A stretch of 64,000 nt of DNA from the human T2T-CHM13v2.0 reference genome, Homo sapiens, in assembly GCF_009914755.1 (NCBI RefSeq), contig NC_060935.1. The stretch is one strand, 5' to 3'. Within the stretch, counting starts at the first letter, position 1, and every line of letters begins with the position of its first letter. Position numbers and translations under genes: made by a program. Under the pieces are notes generated by a model. That model was given only the letters and a program-made list of their open reading frames with translations, did no database searches and was not told the DNA's origin. Positions 39,601-53,373 of this stretch are shown piece after piece.

Positions 39601-42600
39601 TGGCACCCCAGAGCCTCTAAGACTCAAGGCGTGGGGCCTCGGTCTAGCTCTCTAATCACCTCCAGCCCCCTGAGTTCTGAGCCTGCACTGAACCACCTCC
39701 CATTCTCCAAATGTACTACCCTGTGATCCACCTCTGGGCCTTTGCACAGCTGCTGCTCTGTATGGAATGCTCCCGACACGATCAAACTTGTAATCTTCAT
39801 TCCCCACCCAAAAGGATCACCTGAACATTCCTCCTCCGTGGAGTTCCTTCCCTGACCCCCAAGGCTGATTCAGATGCCCTCTCTGGATTTCCAGAGCTCC
39901 TGTGACAAGTGTGTGTCTCAGCACCCAGCTGGAGGCTCCTTGAGGGCAGGGCTTGGATCTGATTGCCCTCTCCATCCCCCACCTCCAGCACAGGGCCAAG
40001 CAGAAAGAGGGTAATGATGGATGCTTGCTGAATGTGTGAATGAATGAAGTCTCTGAAGACAGGCAGGGCAGATAAGGAAGCTGAGTCCCAGGCAGAGAAC
40101 TTGCCCAGGGCCACACAGCGAGGACTCTGGATCCTGGTGTTCTTTCCCCAACATCCTCAACCCAAACCAGGCACCTCCTCCAGGAAGACTTCCCTAACAC
40201 CTCCAGCCACCTCTGATCTTTCCCTTGTCTGAGCTCCTCCAACCCAAAGTCTAGACACTGACTACCTGGGGTCATGCTCTCTGGGAGCCTGTTCCCCAAG
40301 GACAGCTCTGGAACTACTTCTTCCAGGTCCCCCCATGCCAAGTCAGAGCTGGAACCAGGCAGCTCAGGGCCTAACCCTGGATTCTGGATCCCCTTCTAGG
40401 GACCTCTCTGATGGCATAGACTGGCAAGACCTTAGCCACCATCCTCACTCTGTGTCCAGCAGGGCAGCCTCCCCTACGCTGGCCTAAGGTTAGGACAGCC
40501 TCTACAGACCACCTGCCCAGCAACTTCCTGTATGGGGAAACTGTGCCCCACAGCAGGCAGAGCCAAGCTAGAGCCTGAACTGACCCAGTCCAAGGCCCTA
40601 AAACTAGATGAAGTCATGCGCCTGCCACCGCCGATAAGAAGACTGACCCAGAAAGGTGAAATGACCCCCAAAGTCACATAGTGAGGACTGGACTCTTGCC
40701 CAGCTGGGTCTCCTCTAAGGTGCCCTCCCACAATGACACAGCACAGGGAGACCCACGGGCCCAATCATGTTAATAACCCAGCCCAAGGGAGTGGCGAGAT
40801 CTCAGCCTTGGCGAGTCAAGGACCTAGGTCCTGATCTAGCTTCAGCCATGTCCGGCTGTTTGGCTGTGCACAAGTGAATTCCTGCTCTGAGCCTCAGTTT
40901 CCACATCTGCTTGATGGGATTAAGGAGACCTGTCCCACACGTGGCCCTGACCTTCCCCATGACCCTTTTAAGTCCCAGAGACTAGTAAGAGTGGGAAGGG
41001 CCTTGGAGACCCCTGAGCCATCTGGCATTTCATAGGGTGAGAGGGTGAGGTGCTGAGGGGTCATGAGCTGAGCACTGGCTTTGGTGTCTGGAACCCAGGT
41101 GGCCTGTGGTGTGGGGTAGGTGGACAGTGAGACAGGGCTGGGAGGGGCCGCCTGAGCTTTTCCCAAAGGGGAAGGGGAGGAGCAGCAGGACAGGAAGTCA
41201 GAGGAGACAGGTCCCCACTGCCCAGCTTCCTGTGGCCAGCAGAGCCTCAGGCTCTCAGCCACACCCCCTCCCACACCTGCTCCAGGGCCAGGTCTCTCCT
41301 GTCATGGGCTCAGGCTCTTATCAGGCCTCATTCCTGCCCCAAGGCTGCCTGTGCAGTGGGTAGGAGGTCACCTGGAACTGTCTGTCCTCTCTCCACCAGG
41401 GTCTGAAGACCTCTGAGGAGATACGCAGGTCTCCCCTGCCTCTCATGCGGCCAGCCTCAGGAGAACAGAGCACGTGAGCATCCAGGCCAGGGCCTCACAG
41501 GCCACGTCCTCTGCTGTCTGCCTGCTCCTCATCTCTCCCCAGCTGGGTGCTGAGTTCAGAGGCTCTTGGAGCCAAGAGGGCCCAATGGCACAGACGGGCA
41601 AGCAGCCCAGAGAGGGGCAGGAATGTGCCCAAGGTCACATGCAACAGCCAGGACTGGACCCCAGCTGGCCCTGGTTGAATGACTGACAGAAGCTCTTGGT
41701 CTCCCGTTTCTCACACCAATACAGGTGCCATGAGGAAGCTGACCTGGGCTTTGAGAGACCTGAGTTCAGGCTCCAAGCTGCCCCCTGCCTTGTACCCAGG
41801 ATCCACATTCAGCATCTGTCCCTGGGACAGGGACTGAACTGTCAGGAGGTAGTGTCTGTCTCTTTTCCAGTATTCAGAGCACAGTGCAGCCCTGGGGCCA
41901 GGTCAGGCTGGAGGCCAGGAGGGAGGGAAGGGGTGGAGGTGGCCTCCAACAGCCCCTTTCTCTTTGTCCTGGCTCCAACTACTGGGCCTTGAGCCACAGT
42001 GGCTTCCAGGGACCTCTGGACCCAGGTAAGGGGAAGAGAGATGAGGAAGAGGAATTGAATCAGGTAGATAGCTAGGTGGAGTCCCACCCCCACCCTGGGA
42101 TCAGGAGCACGGGGCATGTCCAGGGGTCAGCTGGCTTTCCCAGCTCTGGGGACAGGCCCAGAGCAGGCTGAGGCAGGAGAGGGGAGGGGGAAAGGGGGGC
42201 AGAAGCTCAGCAAACGCCTGCAGTTGAGTCCCAGCCTCCTGGAGTGACCCAGTCATCCCCAGGGATTCTGGCTCCAGACCTGCTGGGTGACCTTGGCAAG
42301 CCACTCCCCTTTGTGGGCCTCGGCTTTCTCATCCATCAAACAAGAATAGGATGATGAGAACAACGCGTCCTCCAGGCCTTCAAAGAGTTATTGATGGGGT
42401 TAAAGGCCACAGTGTTGACTAAGATGCGAGCCCATGTGGAGAGGGGCAGGGGCTCTGGAGCCAGGCTGGCATGGGTTCCACTCTTGCCTCAGCTGTGGCA
42501 TGACCTTAGGCAAATAACATTACCTCACTCAGCCTCAGTTTCTTTGTTTGTAACACAGAGACAAGACTACACTGCCCCAGACTAGCCTCGGGGTAAATTA

Positions 42601-43586
42601 GATGATGGGGAGAAATGCTTGGCTCAGAGCAGGGCTCTCATTATCAGAAATGGGATTATCTGCATGGAACCTGGGAGTCCTGCAATCTTGGGGATGGGAA
42701 GCTCACAGGCCTCTGTCCATCTCTCCCAGAGCTCCAACTAGCTGTGCTGAGAGGATCAGGAGTGGGAGCTGGCACCTTGGGGTGCCCATAACCAGGGTCC
42801 CAGCCTCCTTCCTGGGTCTGGGCTCTGCTCACCTCCTCTCCCCACCCTCTCTCCATTGTAGGGAGCAAAGCTGGGGAGGCACCCTGCAGGGAGAAGCAAG
42901 GCAGGAGGACTGCCAAGATGCTGTAGATCTGGGTTCCAGACCCAGCTCTGCTGAGACAGCTGTGTGACTCTAGGCAGGTCCCTGCCCCTCTCTGAGCCCC
43001 AGTATCCTTGCCTGCATCCCAGGGGCAGGAGGGGTATGACATAGGGATTACCAAGGGCTCTTTGGCACCTCCAACATCTGTTCAGTCTGAAAGAAAAGGA
43101 GGGTAGGGTCCTGGCTGCCCAGGGTGTATGCCTGTCCAGAAGCCTACAACACCCCAGTTTTTCCAAGTCCCCGCCACCCACAAGGAAGGCCACCTGACAA
43201 GTCTGATCTGGCCACGAGTGGTCTGTTGCAGTCAGCCTGGCCCCAGACCCACCAATTCCAGGCCTGGGCTGGGTAGGGTTTATTCATTAACCAAGCCAGA
43301 TGGAGGAGGTAGCTCCGCCCTATTGACACAGAGGGTGGGAGTACTGGCCTCAGTTCAGACCCCTCCTCCTCTGACTTTCTGGAGTGCCAGCTTGGTGGGG
43401 AAACTACACTTCTCCCCCAGTGTGCACTGCCCGCCTGAAGCCTTTCCCAGGTCACAGTCAGGCTCTCGTGAATTCCCTTCTCACCTTTCATTCAATTTGT
43501 TCCTTGGTTCTTTCCTCCCCCCTCTCTTCCACCAATATCCCTGCTCTAACTGTGTTGGATGCTGGGGACGCAAAGAGGACAGGACC

Positions 43587-43840
43587 TGAGAGGCTGAAGC
43601 GGGTGGATCACTTGAGGTCAGGAGTTCAAGACCAGCCTGGCCAATGTGGTGAAACCCTATCTCTACTACAAATACAAAAATTAGCTGAGTGTGGTGGTGT
43701 GCACCAGCAGTCCCAGCTACTGCTGGGAGGCAGGAGAATCACTTGAACCTGGGAGGTGGAGATTGCAGTGAGCTAAGATCTCGCTACTACACTTCAGCCT
43801 GAGAGACAGAGTGAGGCTTCTCAAAAAAAAAAGAAAAAAG
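43587..43840 (+). mobile_element. 5'-truncated AluS
   Basis: Starts at gaggctgaagcggg; A-tail; degenerate TSD. Confidence 0.88.
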
Positions 43841-45209
43841 GATAGGAGACCTGTCCCTGCTCTCAGGGAACAACCAGCTGGGACATGCCAGCTGCCTTCC
43901 CCATCCCTGCTCCTCAGGCTCAGACACAGGTTCTGAGGCCCTGGGCAGCGAATCCCAAAGTGGGAGACACACATGGAAACCCAGAGGGAAAAACAGTCAG
44001 ATGGCCAAGGTGCAGACAGAGTCAGAGGGGAGAAGGGGAGGCAGAAAGTGAAAAGCAGATAATCGTGTGGGGATGGACAGAACTATATGTAAATGATTAA
44101 GACAAAGTGAGGCAGAAGGGCTCAGGGTCAGAGGGGAAAGGTCAGACATCTCAGGTCTTGGTAAGGGGCCAAGATACATGCCTGAACTAAGTCTGAGACT
44201 AGGTCCCAGGCAGAAGGGGAGGGTGGACTCCTCCACATTTCCAGGAGGATAGCAGAAGGGAGAAGGCAAGGAAGAGGAAGGCGAAGGGCACAGCCTATTG
44301 CCAGAGCCCATTGCAAGGGGACCTACCAGCCCTGGAAATGCAGCACCCACAGCAACATCAGATGTGTTGGGGGCAGCTATTGAGGCCCTTAAACCAGAGT
44401 CTTCACGAGCCCCTGCCCCATCTGGTCCCCTGGGGGATATGCGTTCCCAGGGTCCCAAACCCCAAGCCTGCCCTGCACGGCAAAGAGAGAATTGTGGGGT
44501 TGGGAAGAGCAGGGGAGATGGCTGTGAGCGACTGATGTGTCTGCAACTGCTCCCTATGTTGGCTTCCCTTGACCCCAGGCCCCTTCCTTCCCCAGCCCAC
44601 CTGTAGCCTGGCTCTGTGCAAGGCAGGGGTATTGGAGCCCTGCCTTCAGGATCTGCCAGCCACAATCCTGAGTCCCTGCAGGAGGCTAAGGGAGCAGCCA
44701 GGGAGGGAGGGAAGGGAAAGAGCAAGAGCAGGGCATCGGGCAGTAAGGAATCGGGTCCTGGGCAACCCAGGGTGCAGAAAGCGGGGAAGGAGACCCAGCT
44801 CAGGCTGAGAACCAGGAATCAGGGAGAGAAGGGCCCAGTCTCCCACCTGGAGTAACTCAAGTCAGGAACCAGGTGCAGGCTTCCCCAGCAGAGGGGTCCC
44901 TGAGGGAGACCACTCTCCTAGAAGGGCCTGGCAGCAGCCCAGATCCCTGGAACAGGCAGGGGCATGCAGAAGCCTGGGTTCCAGCTGAGAGAGGCAGGGT
45001 GAGTCACTCCTGCTCTCCAGGCCTCGGTTGGCCCATCTGTGTGATGGGGCTTGGCCCAGCAGACTGTGTCTCCTCCCGGTCCCTGGAAGGAGACTCTCTC
45101 TGGGCCCAGATATACAGCCAGGTGTCTAGCCCGGAGAGAGGACCAGGAGACTCCGGGAGAGAGGCAGTAAGGGTGCAGTGGAGGCTGCAGGTATAGCGGG
45201 CAACCCTAC

Positions 45210-45416
45210 CTTGATCTTGTGCAGCGTCCGATCCATCTCCACAGCCTGCACCCAGACAGACACCCCAGCCCTGCTATAGGTCAGGTTCCAGCCCACCTCA
45301 GCCTCACACTCTGACCGGAAGCTGCGAAAGTCTTGGTCATCGGGCACCTGGACACTCTCACGGCCCAGGACCGGCCGAGGCCCTTGGGGCTCTGTAGAGG
45401 CCGCCAGCTTCTCCAT
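45210..45416 (-). CDS. STARD10: STARD10 first coding exon, CDS part, 207 nt (MEKLAASTEPQGPRP...LHKIK); START-domain phospholipid transfer protein
   Basis: ATG at 45416-45414 in context cccATGG; donor AAG|gtaggg. All coding exons sum to 876 nt = 291 aa + stop. Exon acceptor ttgcag|G at 45530/45529 gives a 113-nt UTR part. Confidence 0.97.
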
Positions 45417-45439
45417 GGGGAGTGTGGGGAGGCCCAGGG

Positions 45440-46230
45440 CCCTGGTCCTAGTCCGGCTCTCCTGGGTCCTCCGCGGAGGCTCCGACAACGTCGACGCGGC
45501 TGCAGATGCTGACGCCACCTTCCTGGGACCTGCAAGACCGGTTTGGGGACGGGAATCAGTGCGCTGGGGGCGCGGGTGGGGCTGTTCGGGGTCCTGGCGG
45601 GTGGGGAGCTGGAGAGAGGTAGGGGCTGGCCCCAGGGAAGGGCGGACGGGCGCTGGACAGCCTCGGGGTCCCCCTCCCGAGGAGCGCCCCAGACCCCCTG
45701 GGGCCGGCGTGGGGACTGCGTATGGGACGCGGTGGCCGGCGGGCGCCCGTCGGGACCCAGGGACTGGCCGGGACCCGAGGGGAGGGACGGTGCGGCGGGG
45801 CCCGCGGAGCGACCTGCTCAACTAACTCGCAGCGACGCCGGGCGGGCGCGGGGCGGGTGGCGGGGCAGGAGGGGCGCCCTCCAGGCCGGGCTGCTCACCT
45901 TTGCCCGCCGCTCCGCCGGGGCCCGCCGGGGCCGGGGTGCCAGCGCCGCCGCCGCAGCTGCCCGGGAGACCCGGGGCCGCGCGGGGGCTCTGGTGGGAGG
46001 AGCAGTGGGTCCCGCCGCCCGGCCCCGCCCCGGGCCCCAGCCCCGCGCGCCCCTCCCGGCTAGGCTGGGGGCTCGGGGGCTCGGCGGCCGCGGCTCGGGA
46101 TTTTCCAGGCTGCGGAGGTGAAGCTGACGGATCTCCGAGCCCCGCCCCGCCCCACCCCGCAGGGTCCTAGCGCCCGCCCCCGCCGGCCCTGGGAGGGGAC
46201 CCTGCGCGCGAGGGGCAAGTCCCCAGCGGG
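45440..46230 (-). promoter_or_regulatory. STARD10: CpG island / proximal STARD10 promoter with candidate alternative first exon ending at 45899
   Basis: Very CpG-rich; multiple GC boxes (ccccgccccgcccc at ~46140); minus-strand donor AAG|gtgagc with intron starting at 45898. Confidence 0.8.
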
Positions 46231-47756
46231 GACAGGGAAAGGGGTGAGGAGATGCCAAGACAGAGTGGGCTCTGCGAGGAAGGGCCACGAGGTGCAAGAA
46301 GAGGAATTCTGGAAGTTAACGGTGAACCCCTTCTCTCCACCACCTCCCATACTCACAGGTACACACCTCTGCAACAACCTACAGTATTTACACACAGGCA
46401 CGCTGTCCCCAGAACAACCCAGAGACGCCCCCATGCAATACCCCAGAGATCCAAAGATGGGCACACACCCCCATGACAATCAAGAGACTAACTCGCAGGG
46501 ATGACAGCCCCACAGCAGCTCAGAGATGCCCACAGCTTGCATCCCCCACCAAGCTAGAGGCACACCAAGCCTACACACACCCAACCCCATTCCCACTGGG
46601 CTGTGCAAACCCAGCAGGAAGCCGATCCAACCCACAAGGCTCAAGGTTCACAAGCTGGCCAGATGTGGGCAAAATCTCCACCCCAGTCTCACTCCTACCT
46701 GGGAGCTTGAACCGGGACTCCCTCCAGCCCCACACTCTGGCCCTTGTCCACCAGCACCCCTTCTCAGCATGCACACAACGCGCGTGTACACACACACACA
46801 CATGCACGCACACACGCACACCTGCTATGGACTAGACTAGGCTCTCAAGAGCATCTGGCCCAGGGCTCTGGGCTCTCTTACCTCCCCAGGCAGAGTTGGC
46901 CAGAGCTCCATAGCTACCTGCACCAGCGCTCCTGCCATCCCTTCCAGCCAGGGAGGCTCCCCCCTGCCCCCTGGGTCCTAGTGCCAGCTCTTCCTCCATC
47001 TGCTCTGTGTGAACTGAGGCCAGTAGCTCAACTTCTCTGAGGCCAGGCCAGGGTGAGTGTGGCAGTCTGTCGCAGTGACTGTGGTGAGCTCCTCTGGATG
47101 AGCAACTAACAGGGCCCAACAAGAACCTGCCACGGTCATCCTGACCAGCACGCAGATCTCAGCCTCCTCCCACCTCCGTTCCTGTCTGTGCCCCGCTGCC
47201 TCCTCCTCTCTGGTCCTTAGTTTTCCATTTCCAGAAAAGGGAATCAGAATGGATAACCCTAAGGTGCCTCCTAGCCTCACCAGCCTAGAGCTCTAGGGTG
47301 GAACAGATTTTCTTAAATGTGCTAAGAAAAAAACGAGGAGTCGAGGATTTGTCACGGTGCTTCACAAATAGAGGTGTTTCTTCCTGAAGTGCTTAAAGCA
47401 CTGAGATGTTTGTAAATTAGGCCACATTTTAAAAATGAGTGGGGGTGAGCGGGGAGCTATGATGGCAAGTGACCCTAAAGGGCATCCTGCAAAGTGAATC
47501 CTGGACAATGTGCTGCAGGTCCTCATGAGGCCTGTGTGAATGACCTTAGATCTCCAGGCCTTCCATCTGCAGTGTGGGAGGCACAGTCAGATAATCACCC
47601 CATCCCTTCTAAACCACACTCCTGAAAAGTGTCTGGGAATGAGTAGGTGGCAGGGGGCTGGCTCTGGGCTCAGGATGCCCAGGCTCTGATTCTCTGCTAT
47701 CTACCTCCTCTGCCTCTAACTCTAGGCAGGTCACTGCCCCTCCCCAGGCCTCAGCA

Positions 47757-47819
47757 GTTTTACTTGATACCCACACTGCCTGGGTGGGACACTCAGGCAG
47801 TGTGGGTATCAGATAAAAC
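47757..47819 (+). ncRNA. MIR4692: pre-miR-4692 hairpin (mature ~47793-47814)
   Basis: Stem gatacccacactgcctg / caggcagtgtgggtatc with perfect complementarity; the 3' arm equals the recalled miR-4692 sequence UCAGGCAGUGUGGGUAUCAGAU. Confidence 0.85.
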
Positions 47820-49424
47820 CCAAAGGGGACCCCATTAGAGCCAAAGCCTGCTTTGCTTTGTGAACTGTATCCTCTTGGATCTGCCACGAGGAAAAGAGGT
47901 GGCAGCACTGGCCTGGTGGCTCCTGCCTTTTTAGGGCCCCAATAAAACACACCTCAGCAGATAGCAGGTACCAGGGCAGCAAACCTCTCATACCCACCAT
48001 CCAGTCCAGGGTAAAAAAGACAAGGCCAGGAGGTAGCAGTGAGGGCAGACTGATAGAAGGACTTCCCCACCCTAGAGAGCTGCCAGAGAGATAAAAACTC
48101 AGAGAGGTGCAGATGGCAAGAATGAAACCATCACTCAGATCCAAACACAGAAGAACCAAGAATCTTTTGGATCTTGGGTCAGTAAAGGTGGGCGACCTGG
48201 CAGGCAGCCAGGCCCTGGGCTCATCCCCTGGGTCCTAGGTTTAGGCCAGGCTACCTCGCCAGCAGGTGGGTAGAAGGGTATCACCTCATTCTACTCATCA
48301 TTAATTTGCCCTTGCAAATGCCACCCCTCCCAGGAATTTCAGTATCTCTGGCTCTGGGTCTCATGAAAACCTCTCAAACGTGACAAAGCCCATTCATATC
48401 CTTCTCAAAACACCCCTAAGCAGCCGAGAAGGGCCCCATCTGCTCCAGAGCAGAAGAATGAGCCCAGGAGGGCTGGAGGGGCTCTGGGAGAGGAGTCTGG
48501 GGAGGACCCACAACCTAGCAGCACAAAGGGCCTGTGGAGCTGGGTTCAAATCCTGGCCCTCTGATTTCCTAGCTGTGTCACCAGAAGCCGGTGACAGGCC
48601 TTCTCTGAGCCCCAGTTTCCTCATCTGGAATAATAATACCTATCCTCTGAGAATTGTGGCAGGGAAAAGAGTTGTATATGTGCCAGTTTCACCCCCAGAT
48701 AAGTAACTAAAAATATAACTGGTGGGGGTGACTGGGGCAGGGAGGAATACACTGTCCAAAAATGCATGGTTCCAACAAAAAGTGTTAAGGTAACATCTTT
48801 ACATGATGGTTTGGCAAGTTTTGATTCTCATGGAAGATCAAACAATGGAAACAGCTTTGGCAAAGCATGACCCCTGCTCTGCCCACTGCAGTCCCCTGCC
48901 CCAGATATGGTCCCCTCCACAGGACGTGAATTGAGATGTCTCTCTGAGCCCCGAGGCCAGAGTCCAGGTCTGGCTGCTCTCTGGGTCCCAGTTCCAGAAT
49001 GGGGCATCACGGAGCAGGAGCCAGAGTGGGCATAGAAGGTGAGACTGTGTACGAGAAGGCGCTTGACAAACTGAGAAGCGGCGTGGGAATGTGAGGCATC
49101 ATTACACAGGGCACTGGGCAGGCCTGGATCTCACACGTGCCCCTCGCAGACAGAGCAGCTGAGGTTGTGGGGGGCACGGGGCACCCCTGCATCACACAGC
49201 AAGTCAGAAGCCCTAAGGGGACTCCAGTAACTCAGGATTGATCTAGACTCCTGCAACCGGGGAAGGGAGCACTTGGAAAGAGTCACACCAGACTTTTTGT
49301 TCACTACCCCCTGATGGCTGTTGGGGGAGGGGTCAGGGCACCTGCCTGGAGCCAGCCACCCCATGACCTGGTCCCTAACACTCCCCTCAACTCCCCACAG
49401 CAGAACTAAAGACCCCTCAGACTA

Positions 49425-50603
<1,179 letters not shown>

Positions 50604-50982
50604 GGCTCAGCACCAAGAACTCTGAGGCCCCCAGGGCTGGCTCGGCCTTGAGAGGGATGTGTCCTTCACAGTGGCGATAGGTGTTCCATCCCAGTCCCAC
50701 CTGGAGCCGGATCTAAGTGTTTGCCCAGGGTGGGTCTCATACCTTGCTGGGCCTCACTGAGCAAACAGCTCACACCTGCCCTTAGGGAGCTGCTGGAGCC
50801 TCAGGGAGCCACACTGTAGTGCGCAGCCTCAAAGTCAGTGCAGGTCAGGGTCACCCCCACCTGCACTTCTCCTAATGTCCTGTCACAGTCCCATACAGAA
50901 ACACTCCACCTTGGTATTACACAGGGCCAGACCTACACAGCTACACACACTTGATCATGCCAGGCCACACATGGCACCAAAG

Positions 50983-51011
50983 TGGAGTTGCCAGATAAAA
51001 TACAGGACGAC
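50983..51011 (-). mobile_element. MER53 terminal piece (split element, see findings)
   Basis: tggagttgccagataaaatacaggacgac matches a recalled MER53 end. Confidence 0.75.
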
Positions 51012-51332
51012 AGCCAGGTGCAGTGGCTCACACCTGTAATCACACCTATAATTCCAGTGCTTTGAGATGCTAAGGTGGGAAGACTGCTTGAGGCCAGGAG
51101 TTGGAGACCAGCTTAGGGAACATAGTGAGACGCCATCTCTACAAAAAAATGTAAAACTTAGCTGGGCATGGTGGCACATGCTGGTAGTCCCAGCTACTAA
51201 GTAGGAGCCTGAGGTGAGAGGATCACTTGAGCCCAGGAGTTCGAGGCTGCAGTGAGCTATGATCGTACTACTGCACTCTAGCCTGGGTGACAGAGAGAGA
51301 CCCTGTGTCCAAAAAAAAAAAAAAAAAAAAAA
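51012..51332 (+). mobile_element. AluJ (probably chimeric; inversion breakpoint)
   Basis: AluJ diagnostic gagttcgaggctgcagtgagctatgatcg; no matching TSD on its own flanks. Confidence 0.9.
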
Positions 51333-52724
51333 GGAAATGGGACAGCTGAGACACAGAGAGGCTAAGTAACTTGTTCTAGACCACACACCACTAAGTAAGC
51401 AGTTTCAACCCAGATGGCCTGGCCAAGCCATTATACAAGACCACTGAGCAGGGAACTTTGTGGCATCTGTCCTGCTTCCTCTTCCAGCCTTCTCCCCACC
51501 CCATCCTCTGATCCCTGCACCTCTGAACCCTGGGAGCTGCCCTCTGGGCCTCGCAGGGGCCGTTGCCTCCCCTAGGCTCAGGGGAGGGAGAAGTCTAGCT
51601 GCAATCCCTACCGCCACCACCATACAGGACTTCAGAGTTGACAGAATCCCCAGCAGGTGGGGAGGCCTCTTGACAGGAGAACAGGCCTAGAGAGGGCCAG
51701 AGGCTTGTCCCAGGTGGGCAGGGCCTGAAACAGAACCAGGTGGATTCTCCTTCCGGAGGGTTCCCAGGCCCAGATGGCCACACCCCGCTCTGCCTGCTGG
51801 GTCCTCCCGCTGTCGATGTCTATTGGACACTGGCGCCTGCCAGGAACTCAGTTCGATTGCGGGGTCGATGCGTCCTTCCAAAAGCCCGGGAGTTTCCTGT
51901 CAGAGGCGCCTGATCCATCTGCCTGACCCCAGGCCCTCCCTTCAGCTCTGTGCTCAGGCTGGGTGGGGGTGGGGGCATCGGTGTCTTGTGTCTTCAGGAA
52001 GGACAAGGTTGTCTAGGCCTTCCTCCACCAAGGTGGGCAAGAACTCCAGCCCTGGGACCACAGCTTCTTTTCTGGCAACCCACACAACTTCCTTCTTTTG
52101 GTTTCTTCTTCTTTTTTATCTCAAAGTTGGGGCCTCAGTGTCCTGACTCAGTACAGTTTCCACCTCCTGGAACTGGTGGGGCCTCTGGGGAGGGCTCAGG
52201 GACACCGTTTGGGTGATAGGAGAGGTTTGGGGGGGGCAGCCCCAAAACATAGCCTAGACTGTTACTGTTCCTGAGGGAAGGGGCTCCTCTGGGAGGCTTT
52301 GTGGCCTGAGTGCTGTGGGCCTGCTTGGGGATCCTGGACCTACCCAGGGAGATAGCATGGCCTCAGGTATAGACCAGCTTCCATACCCAGGGACCATACG
52401 CTGGGACATTTGGGGTAGGGTCTTCTCTCACTGGGCCTTATTTTCCTTATCTGTCCGATGGCACTAATGGTCCCTGCCTGACCTTCTGCCTGAAGGGGTT
52501 ACGAAGGTGAGACCAAGTGTGAAAGGCACCTACTGTGCCCAGTGCCCCTCCCTAGAGAGGGTGTGCAGAGCCGTGTGTGAGTGACAACCTACAGACCTCT
52601 GTCACCTCGGTGCTGGTGTGCACATTCTCCAGGAGCACGAGTGACTGAGGCCTATGTGGGAGCTGGGGTGTGGCTGTGTCGCACTGCAAGGTTTCTCAAT
52701 GTGGGTGAGGCAGTGCCTTGGGTG

Positions 52725-53373
<649 letters not shown>

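Noticed and set aside
43997-44725. 242-aa ORF, the longest in the track
   Set aside because: No domain similarity, low-complexity composition, intronic, and no supporting splice structure.
45126-45821. 231-aa ORF as a single-exon gene
   Set aside because: It is the first STARD10 coding exon extended by open intronic CpG-island sequence; the splice sites at 45529 and 45210 delimit the real exon.
50605-50622. REST half-site tcagcacc (also at ~31476)
   Set aside because: The GGACAG right half is missing.
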